Positions 25,437 to 38,799 of a stretch of 64,000 nt of DNA are shown here, one piece after another (position 1 is the first letter of the stretch; the number at the start of each line of letters is the position of its first letter). Under the pieces are notes generated by a model. The model worked only from the letters and a program-made list of their open reading frames with translations, was not told where the DNA came from and did no database searches. The stretch spans positions 9,238,001-9,302,000 of the forward strand of contig CP158635.1 of NCBI GenBank assembly GCA_050273025.1. Reading direction: 5' to 3'. Source of the stretch: Cenococcum geophilum. Lineage: Eukaryota. A program made the position numbers and the translations under genes.

Positions 25437-26331
25437 TGTTTTATTTTTATATCTATTATATTATACTACGTATAATACTACGCGTGCAGCCTCTAGGCTA
25501 TAGCGCTATAGTTCTATATATATAAATCCTTTTTAGGCAGTTTAATATATACTAGTAGCTACGTCCTAGTAGTTTATAACCCTTTAATTTAGGGGTTTAC
25601 CGCTTCCTAATAAAATACTGGCTTGCTAACAACTATTAGGTAATAAAAAATAGTAAAAAAACAGTAAAAAAAAAGGAAATCTTAATACCTATCCCTGTCC
25701 CATCTATAGTTTTATTTCTATCCTTTTACTTTCTATTATCTATCTACTAGGAGTTTAGTAGGAGTTACCTCCTTCTAGAGATCCTATTACTATTAGCCAC
25801 CTTCTAGTAGCTATTTCTACCCTACTTAAAAAGAGAAAGAGCGTCTCTCTTTTTTTTTGTGTGTGTGGGGGGGCTTTTTTAAGAAGAGAGAAGAGCCTAA
25901 TTGTCTTTATATTTCTCTTCTATTTCCCTAATATAGTCTGCATTTTAGTAGTAGGTATTTAGAAGTTTATATAGCGTTACAGTCTTTAAAGCATTTGCCT
26001 TCTTTATCCTTTCCTATTGTTTTAGAAAAAGATTTAAAGAAGCCTTTCTCTAATTTAAGTTAAAAGAAAGTTAATTATAGCCTTTTAGGATATTTATCCT
26101 TAGGGGCTTTAAGAGAAAAGGAGTAGTTTCCTTTATAGATTATAGTATAGTATTTTCCTTTGCTTTTGTTTTATTGCTAGTTATTTTTCTATTATTTTAG
26201 TATCTTTTCTCTTACTAGTCTCCCTATATAGGCCAAAGAGGTATAAAAAGATTATATATTTCTTTTAAAAAGGCCTTTTTTTACTAGCTTATCTGTTATT
26301 TTATTTTTATAAATTCCTAGGTAGTTAGAAA
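25437..26331 (-). mobile_element. 5'-truncated LINE family D fragment (end of RNase H, C-terminal zinc finger, 3' UTR, A-rich tail)
   Basis: Reverse complement of the 3' end of copies D1/D2 (GCAGCCTCTAGGCTATAGCGCTATAG). ~13-bp TSD AGT(A/T)TAACTTTTT at 25424-25436 and 26332-26344, one mismatch. Confidence 0.85.
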
Positions 26332-29300
26332 AGTTTAACTTTTTACTTAGTCATTAACTCCCAAAAATTTTATATAGTAGTTATACTTTATCTCCCTCCT
26401 TTAGATCTAGTCCCTTAGATCTCTTAGTATTATAGTACCTTTTTATTCTTTTTATACTTTTTTTTGCTAATTTAATAAGGTCTATATAAAGATTTATTAG
26501 TATCTTTATTCTTTACTTAGTTATACTACTTATTTTCTTTACTTATTATAATAATAACAATAATATTCTAGGCTTAGACCTATAGTTTACCTTAAATAGT
26601 AATATGCCTATTTTTTTATATAATTAGTAATAACGATACCTAATTATTCTGCGCGTAATTAATATAATATTTTAGATACTGTTCTAGTGTCTAATTCAGT
26701 CTTTCCGTTTATCTATCTATCTATAAATAATATGCTATTAATATTACTACGTAAACTCCTTATTCCGCTAAAAAAAACTTCCTAAAAAACTAGTATAAAT
26801 CTTAAATCTCTATCTAATATAATCCTTATTAATACTCTATATCTTATAAATACTTCTTTAATAGAGATTCTAGCTATATTTTCTACTAAGATTTATTTTA
26901 TATATACTATAAAGTAGCCTTATTTAGTTAACTTATCTACTATTATAAGGATTATATTATAATCCTATCTGGTAATAAGGTCTTTTAACTTTAGCAACTT
27001 TATAATAAAGTTCTATAATATTATCTCTTATAGACATCCTGGTATCTTAATAGGTTATTGCCCTCTATATAGCTTACACCTTATCGGTTTATTCCTTTAG
27101 TAATTTAGATACTTTTTTATAACTTATCTCGCTAAGCCCTAGATTTCTTAGATAATATACTCTTTTTAAGTCTTAATACTAAGTCTATAGCTCTGTTATA
27201 TCCTTATATTATTCCCTTATAGAAATATTTAATAAAATTTTCTATAATACTTTTTGGTATATATATTGCTTCTTAATTTTTATACTATTTAAAGTCTAAA
27301 TCCTTATCCTATACTTTATAAATCTTTTATAACTATATACTCTTTAGTACTTATAGGCCTGTTTTTCCTTAAGTTGCTATAATCTTTAAATAGTTATATA
27401 TAAGAGGCCAGCCTAATTAGAATATATAATTATCTAATTAGTAGTATAGAATGAGAGTTACTAGGAAGTAGAAGGCGAGTTAAAGGTAAAACGAGTTATA
27501 TATATTAAAGGACAAATGCTTTCTAACCTCTTTTATTTAGAGACTAATCGCTAGTTCTTCTTTATACGAAAACTAGCTCCATATATAATCCTTTTAAGAC
27601 GCTAGTAGAACCCTTTACCCCTTATCTATCTAACTATATCTTTTAGGACGTAGATAGAATATAGATAAAACCTCCTACTATCTTATCTAATATATACCTT
27701 CTAGGGGATTCCGTTATAATTGTCTCCCCTTTAAGGGTCTTGGTTCTAAGACTTCGCCTTTATTAAGCCTTTATAAAGTTCCGGCTAAAACTACTAGGGA
27801 AAATTCTTAGTAGAAAGGTACTTTATAATGCGGCTTATAGCTAGTTCTTTTCTAGCGTAGAACCTTACTTTATCTTTAGTTCCTCTACTCTTTTTCTACT
27901 ATAGCTCTTTATAATGCCTTTATAATGGAACTGTAATAATAATAATAATAATAAGATAGGATTTACCTTTTTTATTATAAAAGTTTGTTATAAGTTAATT
28001 TAGAGGTTGTCCTATATAACGCGTCTATTAGCTACTATCTCTATTTACCTAAAATAGGTTCTAATAATAATATCTTTATTTTCATTCTCTTCTAATTTAT
28101 AAGCTATCGCCTCTTATACATCTTTTTATTAATAACACTATTGGTTTTATCTTTTAGCAAACTGTTTTTACTATATTTTAGCTTTTAGCTTCTATATCTC
28201 TGGCTATTCTTTTATAACTGTTCTATTCTCTTTTTATAATACGCCTATAAGTAATAGGATCCCTATTTTATCTCTATTAATAATATTAACTCTATATAGT
28301 ATTCTCTTATATTAGCTTATAGTTGTGCTACGCGTCTTTAAACCAGTAGTGGTATTATTTTAATACCACCTTAAACTACCTCTATTGCTCCTATGGTAAT
28401 TTCTCTAAAGTATTACTATTATTATGTTTACGCGCTTACGCTAGACCCGTCCTATATCTATAAAATGCCTTATTCTAGTAAAAATTAATATAAGTATTTC
28501 TATTGCCGTAGTAGGAGAAAGACCTACGTTTTAGTATTTTCCATTTTATCCTATTCTAAATTTTACTAATTATATTAAATCCCCGCCATTTATACGCATA
28601 AGACTTATAAGCTTTAGTGCTATTTAGGATTTCCGTCTATATCTAAATAGTAATAGATAGGGATAGAAGGTATCTACCCTTACTTATAGGCTCTTTAATT
28701 TAATACGGTTTTCTACTACTATAGAAATATAGTAATCTTAGGTATATAGTATCTAAGAGCGTATATACAAGCAGCTTGGCTTTATAAATAATAATATTCA
28801 TACTTTTCCGCGGGCCTTTTTAGCTAAGTAAGTTTCTTTAGTAATATATTTAGGAACTATGCTAATTCTCTTAGCCAACAGCTTTTGGATTCCCACTTAG
28901 ATACTAATTTAGAGCTTAGGGATAATACTAAGGATAGCGATAAAATTTAAGATAAACGTTTTCCTTGCCGGTTTCCCGCCAGTACTAGTTCTTCTAGTTC
29001 CCGTTATTTTAAGAAGAATATTAGTAGAAGTACTAATGCTTTTAGGGATAGAAGTGCCGATAATACCGTTAATAATAACGTTAAGATAGAAGAGGGGGCT
29101 TCTATTACTACTGTTAGTATTTAAGTTATTATTTAGTTCTTTCCTTCTTCTTATAGAATAGTTTTATATAGTGCCTCTTAAGTGCCTCCAAAATGCCCTA
29201 TTATTAGGAATTAACTTTATACTTTAGGGATGCCTTTATTTTAAGCTTTAGTAATAATAAATTATATAAAGGCAGTGTACTACTATAATCCCCATATATA

Positions 29301-29429
29301 ATAAACGGGTAATATTTCTATAGGTGCTTTATAATTTTTTTAATTTTTTTAATTCTTTATAAGCTATCATTTTACTTTTTTTTATGCTATTAACTTTATT
29401 ATATATCTCTAGTGTTAGACTAAATACTC

Positions 29430-32400
29430 TCCTTTTATTCCTAGGGTTTTTTTCTAAATCCCTAAAACCTTTTCTTATATTACTACTACTTATTCTTAAA
29501 TAGCATCTTCTTTAAACAGTATCCCTAGTGGTTCTCCTATAGATTTTATAGGCTTCCCTTTATAGGGTTTTAGGATACCTATACTTAACCTTATAGTTTT
29601 AATTTATAGGGTCTTCCCTATTATCTTATCTATAGTATATTTGGAACTATTACTAAATCTTTACCTTTAGTCCTTAGGAAGGCTTTAATTACTATATCGT
29701 ATTCTAGCTAAAGGTACTCCTTAGGTTCCCAACTATTATATACCTAAAATATCCTTCCTAATAAACTAAAAATTCGCGCTTTTTCTAATGCTATCTTTAG
29801 TCTAAAATATTTTCTATATTCCATTCTAGTTCCCTATTAATTTCGCTAGGTAGTAGCAGTTCCGTACTATCTCTTATTTAGTATAGCTTTAATAAGAAAA
29901 TATAAAATATAGGATGTCTTAAATATAATTTTAGCAATTCTAATTTATAGGCTTAATTCCCTTTAGTTTTCCTAACTATTTTAAAGGGTTTAAGTTGCTA
30001 GCAATCTAGCTTCTTCTTAATATATTTTATTTAGATACTTTTTATAGCTAATAAGACTTCGTCTCCTATTTTAAATTCTTTTAGTATATATTTTTTATTA
30101 TAGTACCTTTTTTGCACAGCCTAGGTGTTTAGTAAGTACTTTTTAAGTTCTTCTTTGCGAATTCTTATTTACTTAATTTTTTCGGATGCTACTAGTGCCT
30201 CCCTTTTACGAATAATGTCCTTAACATTCAGGGGTTATTTGCTTTTACCCTAAATAATGCTTTATAAGGGGTCATTTTTATACTACTATAGATACTTATG
30301 TTATATACTTGTTACGTTAGAGCTAACTATAATATCTAATTATCCTGTTAATAACTAATATAGTAGCGGAGGTAGTGTTCTAATAACGTATTTAGACGCT
30401 CTATTAGCCCATTTATTTGCGGGTAAAAGGTAGTGCTTATTCTTCGCCGTATTTTTAATAAGAGATAGAATAAAAACTAGAATGCGCTGTTAAATATAGT
30501 ACCTCTATTAGACATAATTCCCCTTAGCATACTAAATAAGAGCTACTGTTTTAAAAACAGGTTTGCTAGTTCTGCTACTATAATTGTTATTATAATAGTA
30601 AAGTACCCTAATAACTTTGTATATCTATTAACGATTACTAGGATAGTGTTAGTAATCTCTTTAGTTCTTATTTTAGTAGGGTGTAAGCCTATTATAAAAT
30701 TTATTGTTAATTCTAATATATGTCCTTATAGAATAGGAAGTACTAATAACTCGCTATATAGGCGATATCTAGATATCTATCCCCTTTAGCATATATTATA
30801 TCTTAATATATAGTCCTTAACCTCTTTAGATATTCTATTTTAACTTCTACCGCATATACAACCTTACTAAAAGGTGGCGCCGCATTTTAAAACTTACGCA
30901 TACATATCTTCCTACTAAAAACAATTGATTTTCCGACTCTTAAGACCTAATTCCTACTACCTAGCAAGCTAGAGGTGTATTAATTTACCTTTTTAACCCC
31001 CTTTTATCCAAAAGAGAATTCTCTTAAGCTTATAAGCGAGGTAGGGGTAGAAATACCAAAACACTAAGGCATAGACTTTTCCTAGGTTTTTCTTCTATAA
31101 AAAGTAAAAGCCTAATAAAATAGGGGGTGTAGGTATTTTTCCATATCTCCTTTAATTAGATTTTCTTTAGTAAGAGAAGGATTGCCTTTTTAGGCTTTTT
31201 TGCTAGTAAAAGCCTAACAAGTCCTTTTTTCTAGTAGTTTTTTCTACTTCTAATAGAGAAGAAAATAACTACTATAGTCTTTTTACCTAGTTTTTCTACT
31301 ACCTTTTAGTCTAATTTCCCTAGAAGCTCTCTAGTAGAGTTAGTAAGGAAAAAGGATATAAAGGGATAGTAAAAACTAGGAAGGCTTTTTACCTAGTTTT
31401 TTACCACTATACTAGGAGATAAGAGACCTAAGGAGGTTATTATCTACTAAAAAAACTAGGAACCCCCCCTATGTAAGCTATAAGCTATATAATATATAAT
31501 GCTAAAGGTAAAGGCTACTAAGCCTAAAACAAAGCCTCCTATAGAGATAAGCGATAACGAACTCTTATCTACCTTATCTACTTATTCTACTTACTCTTCT
31601 CTATCTTCTCTATACCTATTTAGGAAAGATAAAAATATAGAAGAAGTAAATAAACCGTCTCTAGCTTATACAAAAAACTAAAGAAAAAGAAACCACCCCC
31701 TATTATCTCCTAAAAAAGACAGCTAAAATCTAAAAAGAAACCTAGTAAAAATAAGGTCTTTAATAGCTAGTTTATACTTCCCCCCTCCTTCTTTAAAACA
31801 ATTTCTATAAAAGGCCTTAGAAAGCCTAACCCAGGCCTATTTAAGGCTAAAAGGAAAAAGTAAGGAGCAAGTTAAATAAATTAGAGACAACTTATAGAGA
31901 ATTATAGTAAGAGAAAATCCTTCTATAAAAGAAACTAAAAAGGAAAAACAGGAGACAGATATCCTAAAAGGACTAGTAGAAGAAGTAAGAGCCCTCTATA
32001 AAGAGGTAGCCCCTAAAACCTATATAAAACAACTAAAGAAGGGCCTTTCTTCTTCTATTTACTCTTCTTTATCGTCGTCTTCTCCTCCTTCTACTACTTC
32101 TCCTGCTACTCCTTCTTCTTCTTTACCTCCTACCTCCTTAATTCCCTCTACTAGTAAGGGAGCTAGTAGTACTACCAGTCCAAACCCTACCTCTACTAGA
32201 GGGAAAAAGAAGCAGCTATAAGAAAGAAGATTAGTTTTAGTTATAGACTAAAAGGACTAGTCTCTAAATATCTTCTCTATATAAAATATAATGAACTAAT
32301 AATTTGCATCCAAACTGCAAATAGAAAAGCCTATTATAGCTTCTATAGCTAGATCTAGAGAAAAGCAGAATATTCTCCTTATAATAATAGAAGAATATAA

Positions 32401-35400
32401 TGCAGATTTTCTAGTTAAATATAAAGAAATCTGATATAGCTGCTTCTCCTTTAAAAGAGAATAAAAACTAGAACCCTAGGCTTAGATAGTAGCTTACGGT
32501 GTCCCTATCCCCCCATTCCTAAAAGAAAAAGGCTCTAGACTTCTAAAAGAAGAAATAAAGACTTTTAATCCTATTAGGATATAGGGACTACCTAAATAGA
32601 TCTCTTTTAGGGTAAAGAGATATAATCTATAGTATTTACTATAGAAAATAAGGAGAAAAGACAGGAAATCCTTAAGTAGAAAGAAATCCTAATTGCAGGG
32701 GTAGCTACTAAAGTAGTTAAATACCCAGAGGTCTCTCCTACTACACAGTATATAAACTGCTAAAAATTTGGCTATATAGGAGATAGATACTCTACTAGGG
32801 CCTATTAGTTTTATATAGTAGTATATCTATCTAAAGACTACTCCTGTTCTATTTGTAATATAATAGGTAAACCTTATAAGCATGCTAGCCCTCTTTACAG
32901 TAATTATAAAGAAAAAATACTTTACTAATAGCAAAGACTGCAAATCTCTTAAAGTAGCTAAACTAGTATATTAATAAGTATAAGCTTAGAAGGTTTTATA
33001 TAGGAAGAAAAAGAGATTTCTTTAGTTTCTAAAGTTAGAGGAGAAATCTCCTTTATATAGTATAATGTAAGGGGAAAAATAAGAAGTATAGCAAACCCTA
33101 CTAGAAATAGGATTTAGAAGAAAAATAAATATTATCCTAGTACAAGAACCTAGTACCTAGAAAGATAAATAAAAAGGATCCTACTTCTCTATTCCGCATC
33201 CTATATTTAACCTTATCCTCCCTAGCAACTTAGCTATTCGCCCTAGGGTAGCTATTTATATAAGGAAAACCAGTTCTAGCTTTCTATGATATAGAAATAA
33301 GGAGGACATCTATAAAGGCACAGATGCTATAGCATTAGAAATCTATGGCTAATTTAAAAGATTTTTATTACCTAATATCTATAATAAGAGATAACTAGAT
33401 AAGAACTCCGGAACTTAAGGAAATAGTATAACTACTATCTTTAGGGCCATTCTAGAACTAGAACTAGATCTCCCCTTTATACTAATAGGAGATTATAACC
33501 TATATTATATATAGTAAAACACATTAGCTAGAAACCTAACTAAAAAGGCTAAAGAACTAGTAGGCTGGCTAGATATACATAACTACTAACTACTAAATTT
33601 AGATAAATAAGAAGGGACTTTTTATAGATCTAATACAAGGGAAAAGTCTATTATAGACCTAGTCTTCTACTTAGGAAACTTCTAAGAAAATACCTAGAAC
33701 AATTAGACTATAATAGAAGAAACAAGATCTAACTATAAAACTATAGCCTTTTTCCTATTTACTAGAGAGATATAAAAATACTTAAACCCTCTTTAAAAAA
33801 ACTCCTTTCTCTATAAAAAAAAGTAAACTAGGAGCTCTTTTCTACTTCTCTAGTAGAGTAAGTTTAAGAACTAGAACTAGGAGCAAAGGTTTTAGTACTA
33901 GAGAAACTAGTAGGAGAAAACCCCTATATAGAGATAGGAGAAAAAGGCCTTTTAGCCTCCTTAGAGGATTTGTATAGAACTAGGGATAGAAACTTAAGTA
34001 TATTAGTAGATAACCTAATAGGAGATCTTACTAGCTATATAATGCTAGTAGTAGAGAGAGCTATCCCTAAATCTAAAGCCTATAAAATTTCTAAACTATA
34101 GTGGAATAAAGAGCTTCTATAGAAAAGACAAAAAATAGCAAAACTAGAAAGACTTTAAGAGAAATAACCTACTAGAAGCTCTAGACTAGAAGCTTATAAG
34201 CTAAAAATTAATACTTTTATATAATAAGAGAAGCTAAAGCTAGCTACTAGAATAGCTTCCTAGAAAAGGCACAAGGAAAAGATATCTTTACTACCCTAAA
34301 ATATATAAAGAATAAAATATTACAAATAATTCTTAGTCTAAAGTATAGTAAAGATAGGACTACAAGATTAGTAAAAAGCTTTAACAATTAGTATAAAGCT
34401 TTTATAACTACTTTATTTTCCAAACCCCCTTCTACTAGCCTTATAGAGTAGAAGGGCTATACTATAGATAGTAAATAGGAATGGCCAAAATTAGAGAAAA
34501 TAGAAGTTAAATAGATAATCTTCTCTAGCTCTAATAAAAAAGCTCTAGGGCTAGATAAAATATCCTTTATAATTAAATAAAAGGCCTACCCTATTATAGA
34601 AACTCTTTTATATAAAATCTACTAGATTTTATTTACCTTAGGCCATTAACTAAAAGCCTAAAGAGAAGCCTAAAGAGTTATTCTCCTTAAAGTAAATAAG
34701 GGGGACTACTTTTTACCAAAGTCCTATAGACCTATCTCCCTATTAAACTGCCTAGGAAAGACCCTAGAGAAGATCTTCGCTACTAAATTAGGATATCTAG
34801 CTAGTACTACTAGCTTACTTTAAGATTTATAACTAGATGGGAGAAGATAGCGGTCTGTAATAGACGTAGTCCTACTACTTTTAAACAATATCTAATCTAA
34901 AAATAGTAGGAAAAAAGCTAGATAAAGGATAGCTACTATATTATTCCTAGACGTAAAAGGGGCCTTTAACAATATCTCTAAAAACTAGCTTCTATCTATC
35001 TATAAGGAACTAGGACTACCTATAGTATTTATATAATAGGTAGCTACCTTTTTTAGCAATAGAAAGCAATAGCTCTCCTTTAATAGGCAAATATATAAAA
35101 AAAGTAGAATTAGAAATAGGGATACCATAGGGATCGCCTATATCCCCTATTTTATTTCTACTATATATACATAATATTTACAGCATATAGATAGAAGGAG
35201 CCTATTCTCTTAGCTACATAGACAATTTTATAATTATAGTTACTTTAAATTTAGCTAAATCTAATTATATAAAGCTAGAGATAGTAGCGCTAGAGCTAAT
35301 ATCTAAAGTCAAAAAAGCTGCTATTAGTTTTAACGTTAATAAAACAAAGCTTATATACTTCTATAGTAAACATACCACTATAGAAGAAGGGTTAAAGCTA

Positions 35401-37340
35401 GGGGACGTAGAAATATCCCCTAAACCCCTAGTTAGGTAGTTAGGGGTATTCCTAAACTCTAAGCTTACTTTTAAACAATATATAGAAATATAAATATTAA
35501 AAGCGAAGGCAGCCTTTTATTTAATTAGAAGACTAGGTAATATATAAAGAGGTCTATCTCTATAAGCCCTACGACGGCTCTATATAGCTTGCGTTACTAC
35601 TATAGCAGACTATAGAGTATAATGCTAGTAGAAAAGCAAATCTAGAGACTACCTACTAAATAGGTACCAATCTCTATAAAATAAAGCCCTAAAACTAATT
35701 CTAGGAGCGTTTAGAGAATCTTTTAGCCAAGCTATAGAGATTAAAGCCTCTACTCTTCCTCCTAGAATTAAAATTAAAAGGCTTTACAATAACTATGCAT
35801 TAAGAATCCTAAAATTTAAGGAAAACTACGTAATTAAGAAGGTCTATATAGAAGAGATTAACAAAAATAGGGATGAATTAGCAGCTAGTTCTAGCTCTAG
35901 TTTTAGCCCTAAAAACTCTACTATAAAGTACCTTTTACAGCTAAAGATATAGCTACTATCTCTATCCTCTAGGGTCCAGCAGCTAATTGAAAACTAGAAA
36001 ATAGAGAGAATCTCCTCCTATTTCTATATCCTTTTCTATCTTAAAAGGTAGTAAGGAAGAAGCTGTATAAGAACATCTAAGACTAGTAAAAAATCTATAA
36101 GAATCCCTAAAGTGGGACCTAGTAGATATATAATACATAGATGGCTCTAAAGATAATAAATTAAATATAGCTGCCGTATATAAAATAGGGGAGAGAAATA
36201 GGATTAAATATGTAATAAACTGGAATCTAGGACCCTATATAGAAATTATAAATATAGGGCTTTATGCAGTCTATTGGGCCCTAGAATACCTAAAATAATA
36301 AAGACTAAAAGAGAAATAAGTATATATCTTTATAGATAGCTAAGCGGCTATTAAGAGATTATAGCTTAATTCTCTTATAGGGGGGTAAGAACTAGTCTTT
36401 AAAATTACGTAAAGCTGTTCCTATTTAGCTAGTAAGGGGATCTCTATTAACTTCTACTGGGTTCCTAACCATTTAGGTATCTATAGGAACAAAATAGTAG
36501 ATAAGCTAGCTAAAAAGGGCCTTTCTAAAAGAAAACTATAATCTTCTTATACCTCTCTAGCCTATATAGGGAGAGTAGCAAGAGAAAAGATACTAAAATA
36601 GTGGGAAAATAACTAGCAGCAGAATAAGAATAAGGAAAAACACTATACTAGGATCTATAAAGGAAGCTATTCCTTTTCTCTTAAAGCCCCTAAGGATAAA
36701 TATTCTAAAAGGTTATTTTAAATCCTTCCTTAAAGTAATAGGGGAAGATAAAGACGGTAGATGCTTTAGGGAATATAGAGCACTATAAACCCCTAGGCAC
36801 CTATAACTAGACCATAACCTATATAGAGAAGAGAGAAGAGAAATGCAAAAGAAACTAGGCTCTTCTCTCTCTCTAAAGAAGCTATTTTGTACATAAAAAG
36901 GAAAAAAGTTCTTTTTTCTATTTCTAAGTAAGACAGAGATAGCTACTAGAAAGTGGCTAATAACAGCAAGATCTATAGAAGGAGGTAACTCCTACTAGGC
37001 TCCTAGTAAAGAGATATTAGTAAGTAAAAGGATAGAAATAAATTATAAAAGGACAGGGATAGGTGTTAGGATTTCTTATTTCTTATAGTTTTCTACTATT
37101 TTCTTATTCTTTAGTATTTTACTAAGGAACTATAAACCTCTAATTTAGGGGCTTATAAACTACTAGGACATAATTACTAGTACATATTAAGCTGCCCTAA
37201 GGGATTTATATATATAGGACTATAGCGCTATAGCTTAGAGGCTGCATACGCAGTATTGTACATAGTATAATACAATAGATATAATAATGAAAAATTCTAT
37301 TTTAAAAGTATTTCCTTTAAACGGCCTTAAGGGTTTTGTT
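29430..37340 (-). mobile_element. Gypsy/chromovirus element F, integrase plus chromodomain relic (29430-30843 and 37294-37340), split by LINE D1
   Basis: The minus strand reads NKTLKAV.RKYF(W)|N.(M)SKEVKDY(V).R(CD).(CQ)R across the D1 insertion. RRRIST.F(H)PQ..G..ER.N..LEHYLR ~30365-30450; chromodomain ELEWN(V)ENILD...EFLV.(W)EGY ~29745-29835; putative PPT ~29427-29440. Confidence 0.8.
30844..37293 (+). mobile_element. LINE family D, copy 1 (near full length: 5' UTR, ORF1 with CCHC knuckles, ORF2 APE-RT-RNase H-zinc finger)
   Basis: 12-bp TSD ATTCTATTTTAA at 30832-30843 and 37294-37305. ORF1 knuckles ~32745-32945; APE DII LVQEP ~33130-33150; RT YRPISLLNCLGK ~34725-34760, GIP(Q)GSPISPILF ~35119-35157, SY.D(D) ~35212-35226; RNase H Y(T)DGS ~36133-36147 and WVP.H.GI.GNE ~36458-36495. 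Confidence 0.93.
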
Positions 37341-38700
37341 TAGCAGCTAATTCAAAACTGGAAAATAGAGAGAATCTCTCTAAACTGGCAAAAACTGTAG
37401 TCTCTTTCTATTTCTACATTCTTTTCTATCTTAAGAGGTAGTAAGGAAGAAGCTGCATAAGAATATCTAAGGCTAGTAGAAAATCTATAAGATTCCTTAG
37501 AGTGGGATTTAGTAGATATATACTATATAGATGGCTCTAAAGATAGTAAATTAAGTGCGGCAGCTATATATAAAATAGGAGAGAGAAATAGGATTAAATA
37601 TATAACAAATTGGAACCTAGGACCCTATATAGAAATTATAAACGTAAAGCTCTACGCAGTCTATAGGGCCCTAAAACACCTAAAGCAATAAAGACTAGAA
37701 GAGAAAAAGATTATAACTAAATTCTCTTATAGGAGGGCAAGAACTAGCCTTTAAAATTATACAAAGCTGCTCCTATTTAGCTAGTAAAGGTATCTCTATT
37801 AACTTCTATTGGGTTCCTAGCCACTTAGGAATTTATAGAAACGAAATAGTAAATAAACTAGTTAAAAAGGGTTTCTCTAGAAGAAAAATTAATTCTTCTG
37901 ATACTTCTTTATCCTATATAGGGAGAGTAGTAAGAGAAAAGATACTAGAATAGTGGAAAAATAATTAGCAACAGAATAAGAATAAAGGAAAACACTATAC
38001 TAGGATCTGTAAAGGAAGCTATTCCTTTTCTCTTAAAGCACCTAAGGATAGATATCCTAAAAAGCTACAATCAGCTTTCTTTTAGCTAAAACTAAAAAAG
38101 GGTTACTTTAAATCCTTCTCTAAAACAATAGGAAAGGACAAAGAAGGTAGATGCTTTAGGGAATGTACTGCTATACAAACCCCTAAACACCTACGACTAG
38201 ACTGCAGCCTATATAGAGAAGAGAGAAAGAATATACAAAGGCAACTAGGCTCTTCTCTCTCTTTAAAGAAGTTATTTTACATAAAGAAAGGAAGAGAAGC
38301 TCTTTTTCTATTCTTAGATAGGATAAGGATAACTACTAGAAAGTGGCTAATAGTAGTAAGATCTTTAGAAGGAGGTAACTCCTACTAGGCTTCTAGTAGA
38401 TAGATAATAGGGAGTAAAATAATAGTAATAATTTACAAAATGGCAGGGACAGGCATTAAAATTTCTTATTTTTTAGAATCTTTTCTATTGTTTTCTTATT
38501 ACCTAATAGTTATTAGTAACCTAGTATTTTTACTAAGTAGCTATAAACTACTAGGACATAATTACTAGTATATATTAAGCTGCCTAAGAAGGATATATAT
38601 ATATAGAGCTATAGCGCCATAGCCTAGAGGCTGCATATGTAGTATTATACGTAATATAATACAACGGACCTAAAAAAATTAAAAATTAAAAAATTAAAAA
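37341..38700 (+). mobile_element. 5'-truncated LINE family D fragment (RNase H to 3' end, (AAAAATT)n tail)
   Basis: Colinear with D1 ~35977-37280. Ends ...ATACAACGGACC followed by an A-rich tail. No clean TSD found. Confidence 0.88.
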
Positions 38701-38799
38701 AGAGGTATACTTTTAGCAGCTATAAAGCTAAGTCACTTATATAAATTAAATATTGGTAATTAACCATTAGTACTATAACACACACTCCTTATACCTAGA

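Larger units (their letters stand above)
19157..27400 (-). mobile_element. Gypsy/chromovirus element E, integrase plus chromodomain relic in three pieces (26332-~27400, 25354-25436, 19157-19372); outermost host of the left nest
   Basis: With inserts removed the minus strand reads continuously ...DLKEGDKV(W)LL..NF..RRPSKKL(D)|(HV)RLGPF...|AK(M)KIYP.(Q)HIA(M)LE(P)..., then a chromodomain-like E(W).V.KI...WYEV...GY.ET.(W)E that is cut by the Gypsy A LTR. An H2C2/rve-like region lies at ~26600-27230. Confidence 0.8.

Noticed and set aside
30844..31060. Apparent segmental duplication with 48416-48670
   Set aside because: TSDs show this sequence is the LINE D 5' UTR, not shared flank.
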